This document shows positions 50,893 to 59,226 of a stretch of DNA of 64,000 nt, in pieces; within the stretch, counting starts at the first letter, position 1; every line of letters begins with the position of its first letter. The DNA comes from Intrasporangium sp. (GTDB taxonomy: Bacteria; Actinomycetota; Actinomycetes; Actinomycetales; Dermatophilaceae), in the NCBI RefSeq assembly GCF_035280925.1, contig NZ_DATEEY010000181.1:23418-87417 (forward strand). Reading direction: 5' to 3'. The notes beneath the pieces were generated by a model, which saw nothing but the letters and a program-made list of their open reading frames with translations, had not been told where the DNA came from and did not search any database. The translations under genes and the position numbers were made by a program.

Positions 50893-53735
50893 CGTCGCCA
50901 GACGCGGAGAACCGCAGCGGGCAGGCGCTGCGTGAGTTCGCTGGGGAGCTCGACTTCCCGATGGACGACTTCCAGGTCGAGGCGTGCCGGGCCGTCGAGG
51001 ACGGTCGCGGTGTTCTCGTGGCCGCACCCACAGGGGCCGGCAAGACCGTGGTGGGCGAGTTCGCCGTGCACCTCGCCCTGAAGGCGGGGCGGAAGGCCTT
51101 CTACACCACGCCGATCAAGGCGCTGTCGAACCAGAAGTATGCCGACCTCGTCCGACGGCACGGCGTCGGGCGCGTGGGGCTGCTCACCGGTGACGCGTCG
51201 ATCAACGGAGAGGCGCCGGTCGTCGTCATGACGACCGAGGTCCTGCGCAACATGATGTATGCCGGCTCGAGCACGATGGACGGGCTCGGCTGGGTGGTCA
51301 TGGACGAGGTCCACTACCTCGCGGACCGGTTCCGCGGAGCCGTCTGGGAGGAGGTCATCATCCACCTGCCACCCGATGTCAGCGTCGTCTCGTTGTCCGC
51401 CACCGTGTCCAACGCCGAGGAGTTCGGGGCGTGGCTGGAGGAGGTGCGCGGAGACACGGCTGTCATCGTCTCGGAGCACCGCCCCGTGCCGCTCTGGCAG
51501 CACATGATGGTCGGCCAGTCGCTCTTCGACCTGTTCGTCGAGGAGACGGTCGCGCGGCGCGGCAGCGCTGCGGCCGCACCGGAGTTGAGTGTCAACCCTG
51601 ATCTGCTGCACGCCATCCGTGGCGCCGCGGGTCGAGGCGCGTGGGACTCGCACTGGTCGGGCGACGGCCGCGGCCGGTCGCGAGGTCGCCGGAACGGGAG
51701 GGGGAACGGCCGGGCTGACGACTGGGGAGGGCGGGGGCGGCGCGGTGAGTCGCGTGGGCCCGGCACCGGCGACCCGGCTCGAGGGTTTGCCCGTGGCGGG
51801 CGCCCCGGCGGTGGCGCGACCCGGGCCGAGGTCATCGACCGCCTGGACCGGGAGGGCCTCCTTCCGGCCATCACGTTCATCTTCAGCCGGGCCGGGTGCG
51901 AGGCGGCCGTCGGTCAGCTGCTCGCCACCGGGATGCGCCTCGTCACGGACGCGGAGGGTGGCGCCAACCGGCGGTTCGTCGAGGAGCGGGTCCAGGGCAT
52001 CGCGGAGGAGGACCTCGCCGTCCTCGGCTACCGGGACTTCGTCGAGGGCATCTCGCGGGGCTTCGCCGCCCACCATGCGGGCATGCTGCCGACGTTCCGC
52101 GAGATCGTCGAGGAGCTGTTCACCCAGGGGCGGGTGCGCGCCGTCTTCGCAACCGAGACCCTGGCCCTCGGGATCAACATGCCGGCCCGCACCGTGGTGC
52201 TCGAGAAGCTGGTCAAGTTCAACGGCGAGAGCCACGTCGATGTCACTCCCGCCGAGTACACCCAGCTGACCGGGCGAGCCGGCCGCCGCGGCATCGACAT
52301 CGAGGGACACGCCGTCGTCATCTGGAACCGGGGCCTCGACCCCGAGAGCGTTGCCGGCCTTGCCTCGACTCGGACGTATCCACTCCGTTCCAGCTTCCGA
52401 CCCACGTACAACATGGCCGTGAACCTCGTGCGCCAGTTCGGACGGGGCAGTGCCCGGGAGATCCTCGAGACCTCCTTCGCGCAGTTCCAGGCCGATCGTG
52501 CCGTGGTCGGCCTGGTGCGGACCGTGCGACGCAACGAGGAGGCGCTGACCGGTTACGCGGAGGCGATGACCTGCCATCTGGGTGAGTTCTCCGAGTACGC
52601 CGCCATGCGCAACGAGATCCGCACCATCGAGAAGGAAGGCGCGAAGGCGCGCTCCGCCTCGATGCGCGCGGCGGCTGCGGTGTCGCTCGAGAACCTCAAG
52701 ATCGGCGACATCATCCGCATCCCCAGCGGGCGCCACAGCGGCCTGGCCGTGGTCGTCCTGCCCAACCGTGGCGGCGGACGTGGCGACGCCCCGTCGCCGG
52801 CGGTCGTCACCGAGGACCACCACCTGCGGCGCCTGACCCTGCATGATGTCCCGTCGCCCGTCGAGCCGCTCGGCACCATGCGGGTTCCCAAGCACTTCAA
52901 CGCCAAGAACCCGAAGGCTCGCCGCGACCTGGCGGCGACCCTCCGGTCGACCCTGCCGCACGACCCGCCACGCAGTCGCCGCATCGTGGAGGAGGACGCC
53001 GCGGACGAGCGCATCGACGAGCTGCGCCGTCGCCTCCGCGCACACCCGTGCCACCGGTGCCCCGACCGCGAGGACCATGCCCGCTGGGCGGAGCGATGGT
53101 GGCGGCTGCGTCGCGAGACGGACGGGCTCCAGCGGAAGATCGAGGGCCGCACCAACTCCGTCGCGAAGACGTTCGACCGGATCTGCGACCTCCTCGTCGA
53201 CCTGGCCTATCTGGCTGACGGCGGGGAGCGCGTCACCGAGCACGGGGAGCGGCTGCGCCAGCTCTACACCGAGAAGGACCTGCTCGCCGCCGAGTGCCTC
53301 CGTGAGGACGTCTGGCGGACCCTCGACCCGCCGTCGCTCGCCGCCGTCGTGTCAACGCTCATCCACGAGCCGCGGCGCGAGGACGCCGGCCTGGCGCCTC
53401 GATGGCCGAACGACGACGTGCGCGAGGCCCACGACCGCATGCTCGCCATCTGGTCGGACCTCGAGGACGCCGAGGGTGCGCTCGCGCTCCCGACGACCGG
53501 CGCGCCGGATCCCGGGATCGCGTGGGCCGTCCACCGCTGGGCGAGCGGCCGCCCCCTCGAGGAGGTGCTGCGGGGCACCGAGCTCGCGGCCGGTGACTTC
53601 GTGCGACGGTGCAAGCAGGTCATCGACCTGCTGGGCCAGCTGACCGACGCCGGCGACCGCGACCTCCAGCGGGTCGCCAGGAAGGCGAGCGTCGCCGTCC
53701 TGCGTGGCGTCGTCGCGGCCGACCGACTGGACTGA
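50889..53735 (+). CDS. helY: Ski2-like DEAD/DEAH-box RNA helicase HelY
   Basis: ORF 50889..53735, with an ATGA overlap with the upstream gene. Motifs: APTGAGKT, VMDEVHY, SATV, HHAGMLP, ETLALGINMPART, plus the C-terminal DSHCT-like region. Confidence 0.9.
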   Translation: MTSPDAENRSGQALREFAGELDFPMDDFQVEACRAVEDGRGVLVAAPTGAGKTVVGEFAVHLALKAGRKAFYTTPIKALSNQKYADLVRRHGVGRVGLLTGDASINGEAPVVVMTTEVLRNMMYAGSSTMDGLGWVVMDEVHYLADRFRGAVWEEVIIHLPPDVSVVSLSATVSNAEEFGAWLEEVRGDTAVIVSEHRPVPLWQHMMVGQSLFDLFVEETVARRGSAAAAPELSVNPDLLHAIRGAAGRGAWDSHWSGDGRGRSRGRRNGRGNGRADDWGGRGRRGESRGPGTGDPARGFARGGRPGGGATRAEVIDRLDREGLLPAITFIFSRAGCEAAVGQLLATGMRLVTDAEGGANRRFVEERVQGIAEEDLAVLGYRDFVEGISRGFAAHHAGMLPTFREIVEELFTQGRVRAVFATETLALGINMPARTVVLEKLVKFNGESHVDVTPAEYTQLTGRAGRRGIDIEGHAVVIWNRGLDPESVAGLASTRTYPLRSSFRPTYNMAVNLVRQFGRGSAREILETSFAQFQADRAVVGLVRTVRRNEEALTGYAEAMTCHLGEFSEYAAMRNEIRTIEKEGAKARSASMRAAAAVSLENLKIGDIIRIPSGRHSGLAVVVLPNRGGGRGDAPSPAVVTEDHHLRRLTLHDVPSPVEPLGTMRVPKHFNAKNPKARRDLAATLRSTLPHDPPRSRRIVEEDAADERIDELRRRLRAHPCHRCPDREDHARWAERWWRLRRETDGLQRKIEGRTNSVAKTFDRICDLLVDLAYLADGGERVTEHGERLRQLYTEKDLLAAECLREDVWRTLDPPSLAAVVSTLIHEPRREDAGLAPRWPNDDVREAHDRMLAIWSDLEDAEGALALPTTGAPDPGIAWAVHRWASGRPLEEVLRGTELAAGDFVRRCKQVIDLLGQLTDAGDRDLQRVARKASVAVLRGVVAADRLD

Positions 53736-53751
53736 GCCAAACGCCAAGATC

Positions 53752-53785
53752 ACGTATGCCGCTCCGCCGGCTCAGCGGCATACGT
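53752..53785. repeat. REP-like palindromic pair / bidirectional terminator candidate
   Basis: ACGTATGCCGCT (53752-53763) pairs perfectly with AGCGGCATACGT (53774-53785) around a 10-nt loop. It lies between convergent helY and the exonuclease gene. Confidence 0.8.
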
Positions 53786-53802
53786 CACCGTTTGTGGGTG
53801 GC

Positions 53803-54768
53803 TCAGCCCATACCGAGGGCATCAAAGGCACTGACGACCCGGTCGAACGGGTTCGTCAGGCCGTGGTCGACCGCGAGCCTTGACATGAGGGCCGGATCGG
53901 CCACCCGGGTCGGCGCGCTGAGGTCGATCTCTCCGATGGGTGCGTCCCGGACGACCTCGACGACCCTCGGCGCGGCGTCCAGGTACTCGGCCCCCGCCTC
54001 GAGCCGGGCCCGCTGGGCACCCTTGATCGCCGGGTCGCCCGCGTCGATCGCCGCCCGGAGCGCCTCGAGCGACCCGTAGGTCGTGATGAGCTTGGCGGCC
54101 GTCTTCTCACCGATGCCCGCGACGCCCGGCAGGCCGTCGCTCGAGTCGCCCCGGAGTACAGCCATGTCCGCGTAGGCAGCGCCGCTCGGGATGCCGTACT
54201 TGTCGAGCAGGAACGCCTCGTCGACGACGTCCGGGTTGCGCACGCCACCGCGCGCCGTGTACAGGACCCGGATCTCGTTGTCATCGTCCACGAGCTGGAA
54301 CAGGTCGCGGTCCCCGGTGACGATGTCGATCGGGAGCCGGCCGCGGTACAGCGTCGCGAGCGTGCCGATGACGTCGTCGGCCTCGTGCCCGTCGACGCCG
54401 ACCCGGGCGACGCCGAGCGCCGTGAGCGCGTCGACGATGATCGGCACCTGAACGGCCAAGGCGTCGGGCACCTGTTCCTCGACGACCCCGTCGACGGTGC
54501 CGGAGACGCGGTGCGTCTTGTACGTCGGGATCGCCTCCACACGGAAGGCCGGCCTCCAGTCGTTGTCCCAGCAGGCCGCGAGGTGCGACGGGCGCGAGCG
54601 CTCGACGAGCGTGGCGATCATGTCGAGCAGGCCCCGGACGGCGTTGGTCGGGACGCCGCGCGGTCCGATGACCTCTGGGACGCCGAAGAATGCCCGGAAG
54701 TAGAGCGATGCCGTGTCGAGCAGCAGGAGACGTCCGGTCGTATCGGTGATGCGGGCCATGCGGGCCAT
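53803..54768 (-). CDS. 5'-3' exonuclease (Pol I N-terminal / FEN-like)
   Basis: In frame with ORF 53803..54987, starting at ATG 54768 or 54759. LLLLDTASLYFRAFFG, TGDRDLFQLV and GVAGIGEKTAAKLI are the H3TH/5'-nuclease motifs. Confidence 0.88.
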   Translation of the reverse strand: MARMARITDTTGRLLLLDTASLYFRAFFGVPEVIGPRGVPTNAVRGLLDMIATLVERSRPSHLAACWDNDWRPAFRVEAIPTYKTHRVSGTVDGVVEEQVPDALAVQVPIIVDALTALGVARVGVDGHEADDVIGTLATLYRGRLPIDIVTGDRDLFQLVDDDNEIRVLYTARGGVRNPDVVDEAFLLDKYGIPSGAAYADMAVLRGDSSDGLPGVAGIGEKTAAKLITTYGSLEALRAAIDAGDPAIKGAQRARLEAGAEYLDAAPRVVEVVRDAPIGEIDLSAPTRVADPALMSRLAVDHGLTNPFDRVVSAFDALGMG

Positions 54769-54831
54769 CGTGCCATCTCGCAGGGACGGTCCCCACCGTG
54801 GAACGCCCGCCGTCGTCGAGGTCCGTGCGAC

Positions 54832-54837
54832 TAGGGT
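54832..54837 (+). promoter_or_regulatory. -10-like TAGGGT, 7 nt before ATG 54845
   Basis: Reads GACTAGGGTttcgagcATG. Leaderless candidate. Confidence 0.45.
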
Positions 54838-54844
54838 TTCGAGC

Positions 54845-55300
54845 ATGGAAGACCTCGACCGTCGGCTCGTCGGGCTGCTCCTCGCCGACGGGCGCATGAG
54901 CTTCACGAATCTGGGCCGGGCGACCGGCCTGTCCACGTCGGCGGTGCACCAGCGGGTCCGGCGACTCGAGGAACGCGGCGTCATCACCGGCTACTCCGCG
55001 ACCGTGTCGCCAGAGGCACTGTCGCTACCACTGACGGCCCTCATCTCGGTCACGCCGTTCGACCCGAGCGCGCCTGACGACGTCCCGGAGAGGCTCAGGG
55101 ACATCGGCGAGATCGAGGCCTGCTACTCGGTCGCGGGCGTCGAGAGCTACATCCTCACTGTGCGCACCTCGACGCCCGGAGCTCTGGAGGACCTGCTCGC
55201 CAGGATCCGAACCGCGGCGAGCGTCTCCACGCGGACCACGGTCGTCCTGTCCACGCCGTGGGAGGGTCGCAGCAGCGCTGCCGAGCGCCCGGCTCCGTGA
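54845..55300 (+). CDS. Lrp/AsnC family transcriptional regulator
   Basis: In frame with ORF 54713..55300. MEDLDRRLVGLLLADGRMSFTNLGRATGLSTSAVHQRVRRLEERGVI is the HTH, followed by a RAM domain. Confidence 0.88.
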   Translation: MEDLDRRLVGLLLADGRMSFTNLGRATGLSTSAVHQRVRRLEERGVITGYSATVSPEALSLPLTALISVTPFDPSAPDDVPERLRDIGEIEACYSVAGVESYILTVRTSTPGALEDLLARIRTAASVSTRTTVVLSTPWEGRSSAAERPAP

Positions 55301-55313
55301 GGCCCCGTGAGAG

Positions 55314-55829
55314 TCAGGCCCGTCTGATGGCGGCCCAGGAGCCAGCTGTGGCCCGGAGCAGGTCGTCGGGGGCCAACTCGACCTGGAAGCCACGGCGACC
55401 GCCCGAGACGTACACGGTGTCGTGGCTGGAGGCCGAGTCGTCGACCACGGAGGGCAGCCGTCGGCGCTGGCCGATGGGGGAGATGCCGCCCAGGACGTAT
55501 CCGGTGCTCCGGGCGGCATCCGCTGGGTCCGCCATGCGAACCGCCTTGACGCCCAACGCCGCCGCCGTCCCCTTGAGGTCCAGCTGACCAGCCACCGGGA
55601 CGACGGCGACGGCGAGGCCGTCGCCGGTGTCGACGAGCAGGGTCTTGAAGATGCGGTCCGCAGGGACGCCGAGCGCACGGGCGGCCTCGTCCCCGTAGGC
55701 GATCGCGGCGGGGTCGTGCTGGTAGGTGTGCCCGGTGTAGGCGATGCCCAGGGCGTCCAGGGCGAGCGTCGCCGGCGTGGTGGGTCCCGCCCCGGACCGC
55801 TGGCCGTCCCTCCGTGGTGAGCGGGCCAC
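55314..55829 (-). CDS. ybaK: Cys-tRNA(Pro)/Cys-tRNA(Cys) deacylase YbaK
   Basis: ORF 55314..55829. Motifs: TPATLALDALGIAYTGHTY, IFKTLLV, GYVLGGISPIG. Confidence 0.8.
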   Translation of the reverse strand: MARSPRRDGQRSGAGPTTPATLALDALGIAYTGHTYQHDPAAIAYGDEAARALGVPADRIFKTLLVDTGDGLAVAVVPVAGQLDLKGTAAALGVKAVRMADPADAARSTGYVLGGISPIGQRRRLPSVVDDSASSHDTVYVSGGRRGFQVELAPDDLLRATAGSWAAIRRA

Positions 55830-55834
55830 GCGGC

Positions 55835-56452
55835 TCAGGCCCTGGCGAGCGAGGCCAGTCCGTCCCAGGTCGTCGTGACGACGATCTCGGCCGCCTCCTG
55901 CGCCGACATGCCGGGGCTCTCACTGCGGTAGGCCGCGAGCCGCTCGATGCCTCCGATGATGACTTCGACGAGCGGTACGAGGCGCCGCGATGGAACCTCC
56001 GCGAAGCCAGGCAGCATCGTGATGCCCTCAGCGAGCGCCTTGGCGGTCTGCTGCCTGATGCGCTCCACCGACGCGGCCGCCTCGCCGATGAGCGAGCCCT
56101 CGGTGCGCAGGAGCGCAAAGCCCCGGTCGTGCTCGTCGATGAAGTCGAAGAAGGCGGTGATGACCGCGCGGACGCGAAGGCGCGGCGTCGCGTCAGGGTT
56201 CGACTCCCACGCCGTGATGACCTCGGCGAGGAGCTGGTGTCTCGCCCGCTCGATGGTGGCCGCGAGCAGGCCCTCCTTCGAGCCGAAGTAGTCGTAGATG
56301 AGCGGTTTGGTCACCCCGACCTGCTCGGCGATCTCGTCCATCGTCGCCGCCTGGAACCCGCGTGCACCGAAGACTCGCTCCGCCACCTCGAGCATCTGCG
56401 TCTCGCGTTCGGCGCGAGGCATCCGGGTCCGGGCGGGCGGCTTGGCGGTCAC
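55835..56452 (-). CDS. TetR/AcrR family transcriptional regulator
   Basis: ORF 55835..56452 with a GTG start. RETQMLEVAERVFGARGFQAATMDEIAEQVGVTKPLIYDYFGSKEGL is the TetR HTH. Confidence 0.88.
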   Translation of the reverse strand: MTAKPPARTRMPRAERETQMLEVAERVFGARGFQAATMDEIAEQVGVTKPLIYDYFGSKEGLLAATIERARHQLLAEVITAWESNPDATPRLRVRAVITAFFDFIDEHDRGFALLRTEGSLIGEAAASVERIRQQTAKALAEGITMLPGFAEVPSRRLVPLVEVIIGGIERLAAYRSESPGMSAQEAAEIVVTTTWDGLASLARA

Positions 56453-56458
56453 GAGCGC

Positions 56459-56464
56459 AGTCTA
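56459..56464 (-). promoter_or_regulatory. -10-like TAGACT (minus strand), 6 nt before GTG 56452
   Basis: The reverse complement reads CCCTAGACTgcgctcGTG. Leaderless candidate, so tetR need not be co-transcribed with kamA. Confidence 0.45.
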
Positions 56465-56527
56465 GGGGTGACGCGGACGGGCACACGGACGCCGCCCAGT
56501 GCCTGAGCCGATGGCAGGCGAGCCGCG

Positions 56528-57970
56528 TCAGACGAGCTGGGACTCGGCGGTGGCACGGCTGGCAGCAGCCCGCTCGGCAGCGGCCGCCATGACCGTGTCG
56601 TGGTCGACCGCGTCGCGCCACCACTGCTGCCCCGACTGGGGAAGCGTGTAGATCGGGTCGTAGTAGACGTACTCACGGGAGAGCGCTGCCGTGTCCTCTC
56701 CCTCGATGGAGGTCCGGTAGTTCTTGCGCCAGTACGAGATTCCCCGCTCGGTGTCGTACTCGTCCTGCTGGTGGACCCAGCGCTTGCCGACGAACGGCAC
56801 GTCGCAGACGATCCGAGGGGTCGCGAAGCCGGGCAGGTAGCCCAGGATCGAGTGCTGCAGGTGCTGTGCCTCCGCGAGCGACAGCCTCCAGTGTTCGGCG
56901 AACGGGATCATGTCGCACATGTAGAAGTAGTAAGGCGTGATCATGGCGCCGTCCGTCAGGGCGAAGCACAGGTCGAGCAGCTGCTCGGTGGTGTCGTTGA
57001 CCCCTCGCATGAGCACGCCCTGGTTGCGCACGTCGCGGACGCCGGCCTCGAGCATCGCCTTCGACGCCCGGGCCACCGAGGGGGTGATCGACTGGGCGTT
57101 GTTGACGTGGGTGTGGATCGCGAGCGAGACGCCGCGGGCCCGGGCCTTCGTGGCGACCCGGGCGACGCCCTCGACGACGTCCTCGGCGAACCAGTGCTGG
57201 GGCAGGCCCATGAGCGCCTTGGTGGCCAGCCGGATGTCGCGGATGTTCTCGATCTCGAGCAGCCGGTCGAGGAACGCCTCGAGGTTCTTCCACGGCATGT
57301 TGGCGACGTCGCCACCCGAGACCACGACGTCCCGGACCGCCGGGGTGTCGCGCAGGTAGGTCAGCATCGCGTCGTAGCGGTCGACCGGCTTGAGGTCGAA
57401 CTTCAGCTTGTTCACCTGCGGCGTCGAGTTGCCGACGAGGTCCATGCGGGTGCAGTGGCCGCAGTACTGCGGGCACGTCGGCAGCAGCTCGGCGAGGACC
57501 TTGGTGGGATAGCGGTGCGTCAGGCCCTCGGCGACCCACATGTCGTGCTCGTGCAGCGAGTCACGGGAGGCATGCGGGTGCGACGGCCAGTCGGTGCGCC
57601 GGTCCGAGAAGACCGGCAGCATGTAGCGCCGGATCGGGTCGGCGTAGAACGCCTCCGTGAAGTCGTGGCCCGCCGCCGGCATCGGCGTGTCGGTGGAGGG
57701 GACCATGGTGTTGAGCATCTGCGGCGGCACGAGCATCGACATCGTCGCGCGCTCGGCCTGGTCCCTCTCGAGGTCGGCGTAGAACCGGTCGTCGAGCAGG
57801 TCGCCCATGAGCGCCCGGAGCTGCTTGAGGTTGCGTACGCAGTTGACCCGCTGCCACTGGGCGTTGTCCCAGTCCGCCTGGGTCACGCCCCGCCAGCCGG
57901 GGAGGCGCGTCCAGTCGGGCTCCACGAGCTCACGCTGCTGGTACACGTAGGGCTGTTCAACCATCGTCAT
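56528..57970 (-). CDS. kamA: Lysine 2,3-aminomutase (KamA-family radical SAM enzyme)
   Basis: In frame with ORF 56528..58033, starting at ATG 57970 (MTMVEQPYVYQQ). The radical-SAM cluster is CPQYCGHCTR. VVVSGGDVANMP and the C-terminal PLP-binding region are present. Confidence 0.85.
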   Translation of the reverse strand: MTMVEQPYVYQQRELVEPDWTRLPGWRGVTQADWDNAQWQRVNCVRNLKQLRALMGDLLDDRFYADLERDQAERATMSMLVPPQMLNTMVPSTDTPMPAAGHDFTEAFYADPIRRYMLPVFSDRRTDWPSHPHASRDSLHEHDMWVAEGLTHRYPTKVLAELLPTCPQYCGHCTRMDLVGNSTPQVNKLKFDLKPVDRYDAMLTYLRDTPAVRDVVVSGGDVANMPWKNLEAFLDRLLEIENIRDIRLATKALMGLPQHWFAEDVVEGVARVATKARARGVSLAIHTHVNNAQSITPSVARASKAMLEAGVRDVRNQGVLMRGVNDTTEQLLDLCFALTDGAMITPYYFYMCDMIPFAEHWRLSLAEAQHLQHSILGYLPGFATPRIVCDVPFVGKRWVHQQDEYDTERGISYWRKNYRTSIEGEDTAALSREYVYYDPIYTLPQSGQQWWRDAVDHDTVMAAAAERAAASRATAESQLV

Positions 57971-57977
57971 GCCCTCA

Positions 57978-57999
57978 CGATACCGAAATTTCGTTATCG
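57978..57999. promoter_or_regulatory. 22-bp AT-rich palindrome CGATACCGAAATTTCGTTATCG in the kamA / kdd divergent region (operator candidate)
   Basis: The two 11-bp arms are complementary with 1 mismatch. This is the most AT-rich spot of the locus, 8 nt from the kamA start codon. Confidence 0.5.
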
Positions 58000-58058
58000 A
58001 ATCTTCTATGCTGCCGGAGGATCTTCTGTTCAAGCCGCTTCAGACCGAAGGATCGATC

Positions 58059-59147
58059 GTGAATCGTGACCTGCCCTCCTCGCCCGTCGGCCTGCACCGG
58101 GTGCTCGCCCCGAGTGGCGACGCGATCACGCTCCCGCAGGCGGCGCGACGGCTCGACACGCGACCCGAGCTGTGGCCGGACGAGGTCCGGATCGACGTGG
58201 ACACCCTCAACCTCGACGCGGCCTCCTTCCGCCAGCTCGCCGAGAAGCACACCACGGAGGGCGTTCTCGACGGCGACGCGGTCCGGTCGGAGGTGCTCGC
58301 GATCATCGCCGACCGCGGGAAGATGCAGAACCCGGTCACCGGCTCCGGCGGCATGCTCATCGGCACCGTGGCGGAGGTGGGTCCCGAGAGTCGAGCCGGT
58401 CTGCAGGTGGGGGACCGCGTCGCGACGCTGGTCTCGCTCTCGCTCACGCCGCTCAGCATCGCTGACGGCCTTGCCCGATGGGACGGGCGCTCGGAGCAGG
58501 TCCCGGCCGAGGGCCACGCCATCCTCTTCGGCCGCACCATCGCGGCGCGCCTTCCCGATGACCTCGACCCGCGGCTCGCCCTCATGGTGATGGACGTGTG
58601 CGGAGCGCCGGCCCTCGTCGAGCGCGTGGTGGGGGAGTACATGCAGTCGTATGCCGCTGGGCCCCGACCGCTCACCGTCGCCGTTCTCGGCGGGGCGGGC
58701 AAGTCGGGCTCGTTGTCGCTCGCGGCGGCACGTCGCGCCGGTGCCGGGCGCCTGATCGCGGTCGTGCCCAGCGACCGGGAACATGAGCTGCTCGAGCCGA
58801 CGGGGCTGGCCGACGAGGTCGTCGTGGCTGATGCCCGGTCCCCGCTCGGGTTGAGCCGTGCCGTGGAGGCCGCGGGCGGGCCGGCCGACGTGACGGTCGT
58901 GTGCGTCGACGTACCCGGGTGTGAGCAGCCCGCGATCCTGGCCACCGCACAGGGCGGGACGATCATCTTCTTCAGCATGGCGACCAACTTCGCGGCGGCG
59001 GCCCTGGGCGCCGAGGGCCTCGCGTCGGACGTGCGCATGCTGATCGGCAATGGCTTCGTACCCGGGCACGCCGAGCTGGCCCTTGACCTGGTCCGCCAGA
59101 ACGCGGCCGTCCGCGACCTCTTCGAGCGGCGGCTCGCAGTCGACTAG
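58059..59147 (+). CDS. kdd: L-erythro-3,5-diaminohexanoate dehydrogenase-like (MDR-fold)
   Basis: In frame with ORF 57969..59147. GTG 58059 follows GAAGGA. SPVGLHRVLAPSG..LPQAA, the Rossmann motif VAVLGGAGKSG and the genomic context with kamADE support the call. ATG 58008 is a possible start. Confidence 0.65.
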   Translation: MNRDLPSSPVGLHRVLAPSGDAITLPQAARRLDTRPELWPDEVRIDVDTLNLDAASFRQLAEKHTTEGVLDGDAVRSEVLAIIADRGKMQNPVTGSGGMLIGTVAEVGPESRAGLQVGDRVATLVSLSLTPLSIADGLARWDGRSEQVPAEGHAILFGRTIAARLPDDLDPRLALMVMDVCGAPALVERVVGEYMQSYAAGPRPLTVAVLGGAGKSGSLSLAAARRAGAGRLIAVVPSDREHELLEPTGLADEVVVADARSPLGLSRAVEAAGGPADVTVVCVDVPGCEQPAILATAQGGTIIFFSMATNFAAAALGAEGLASDVRMLIGNGFVPGHAELALDLVRQNAAVRDLFERRLAVD

Positions 59148-59214
59148 TGGACGGCGCACCGGTGATGATCTTGCGGTCGGGAGGCATCGTGGCAGGAGGA
59201 ACTTCGGCGTTGGC

Positions 59215-59220
59215 TAGGCT
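59215..59220 (+). promoter_or_regulatory. -10-like TAGGCT, 6 nt before GTG 59227 (kamD)
   Basis: Reads GGCTAGGCTgacaccGTG. Leaderless candidate. Confidence 0.4.
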
Positions 59221-59226
59221 GACACC

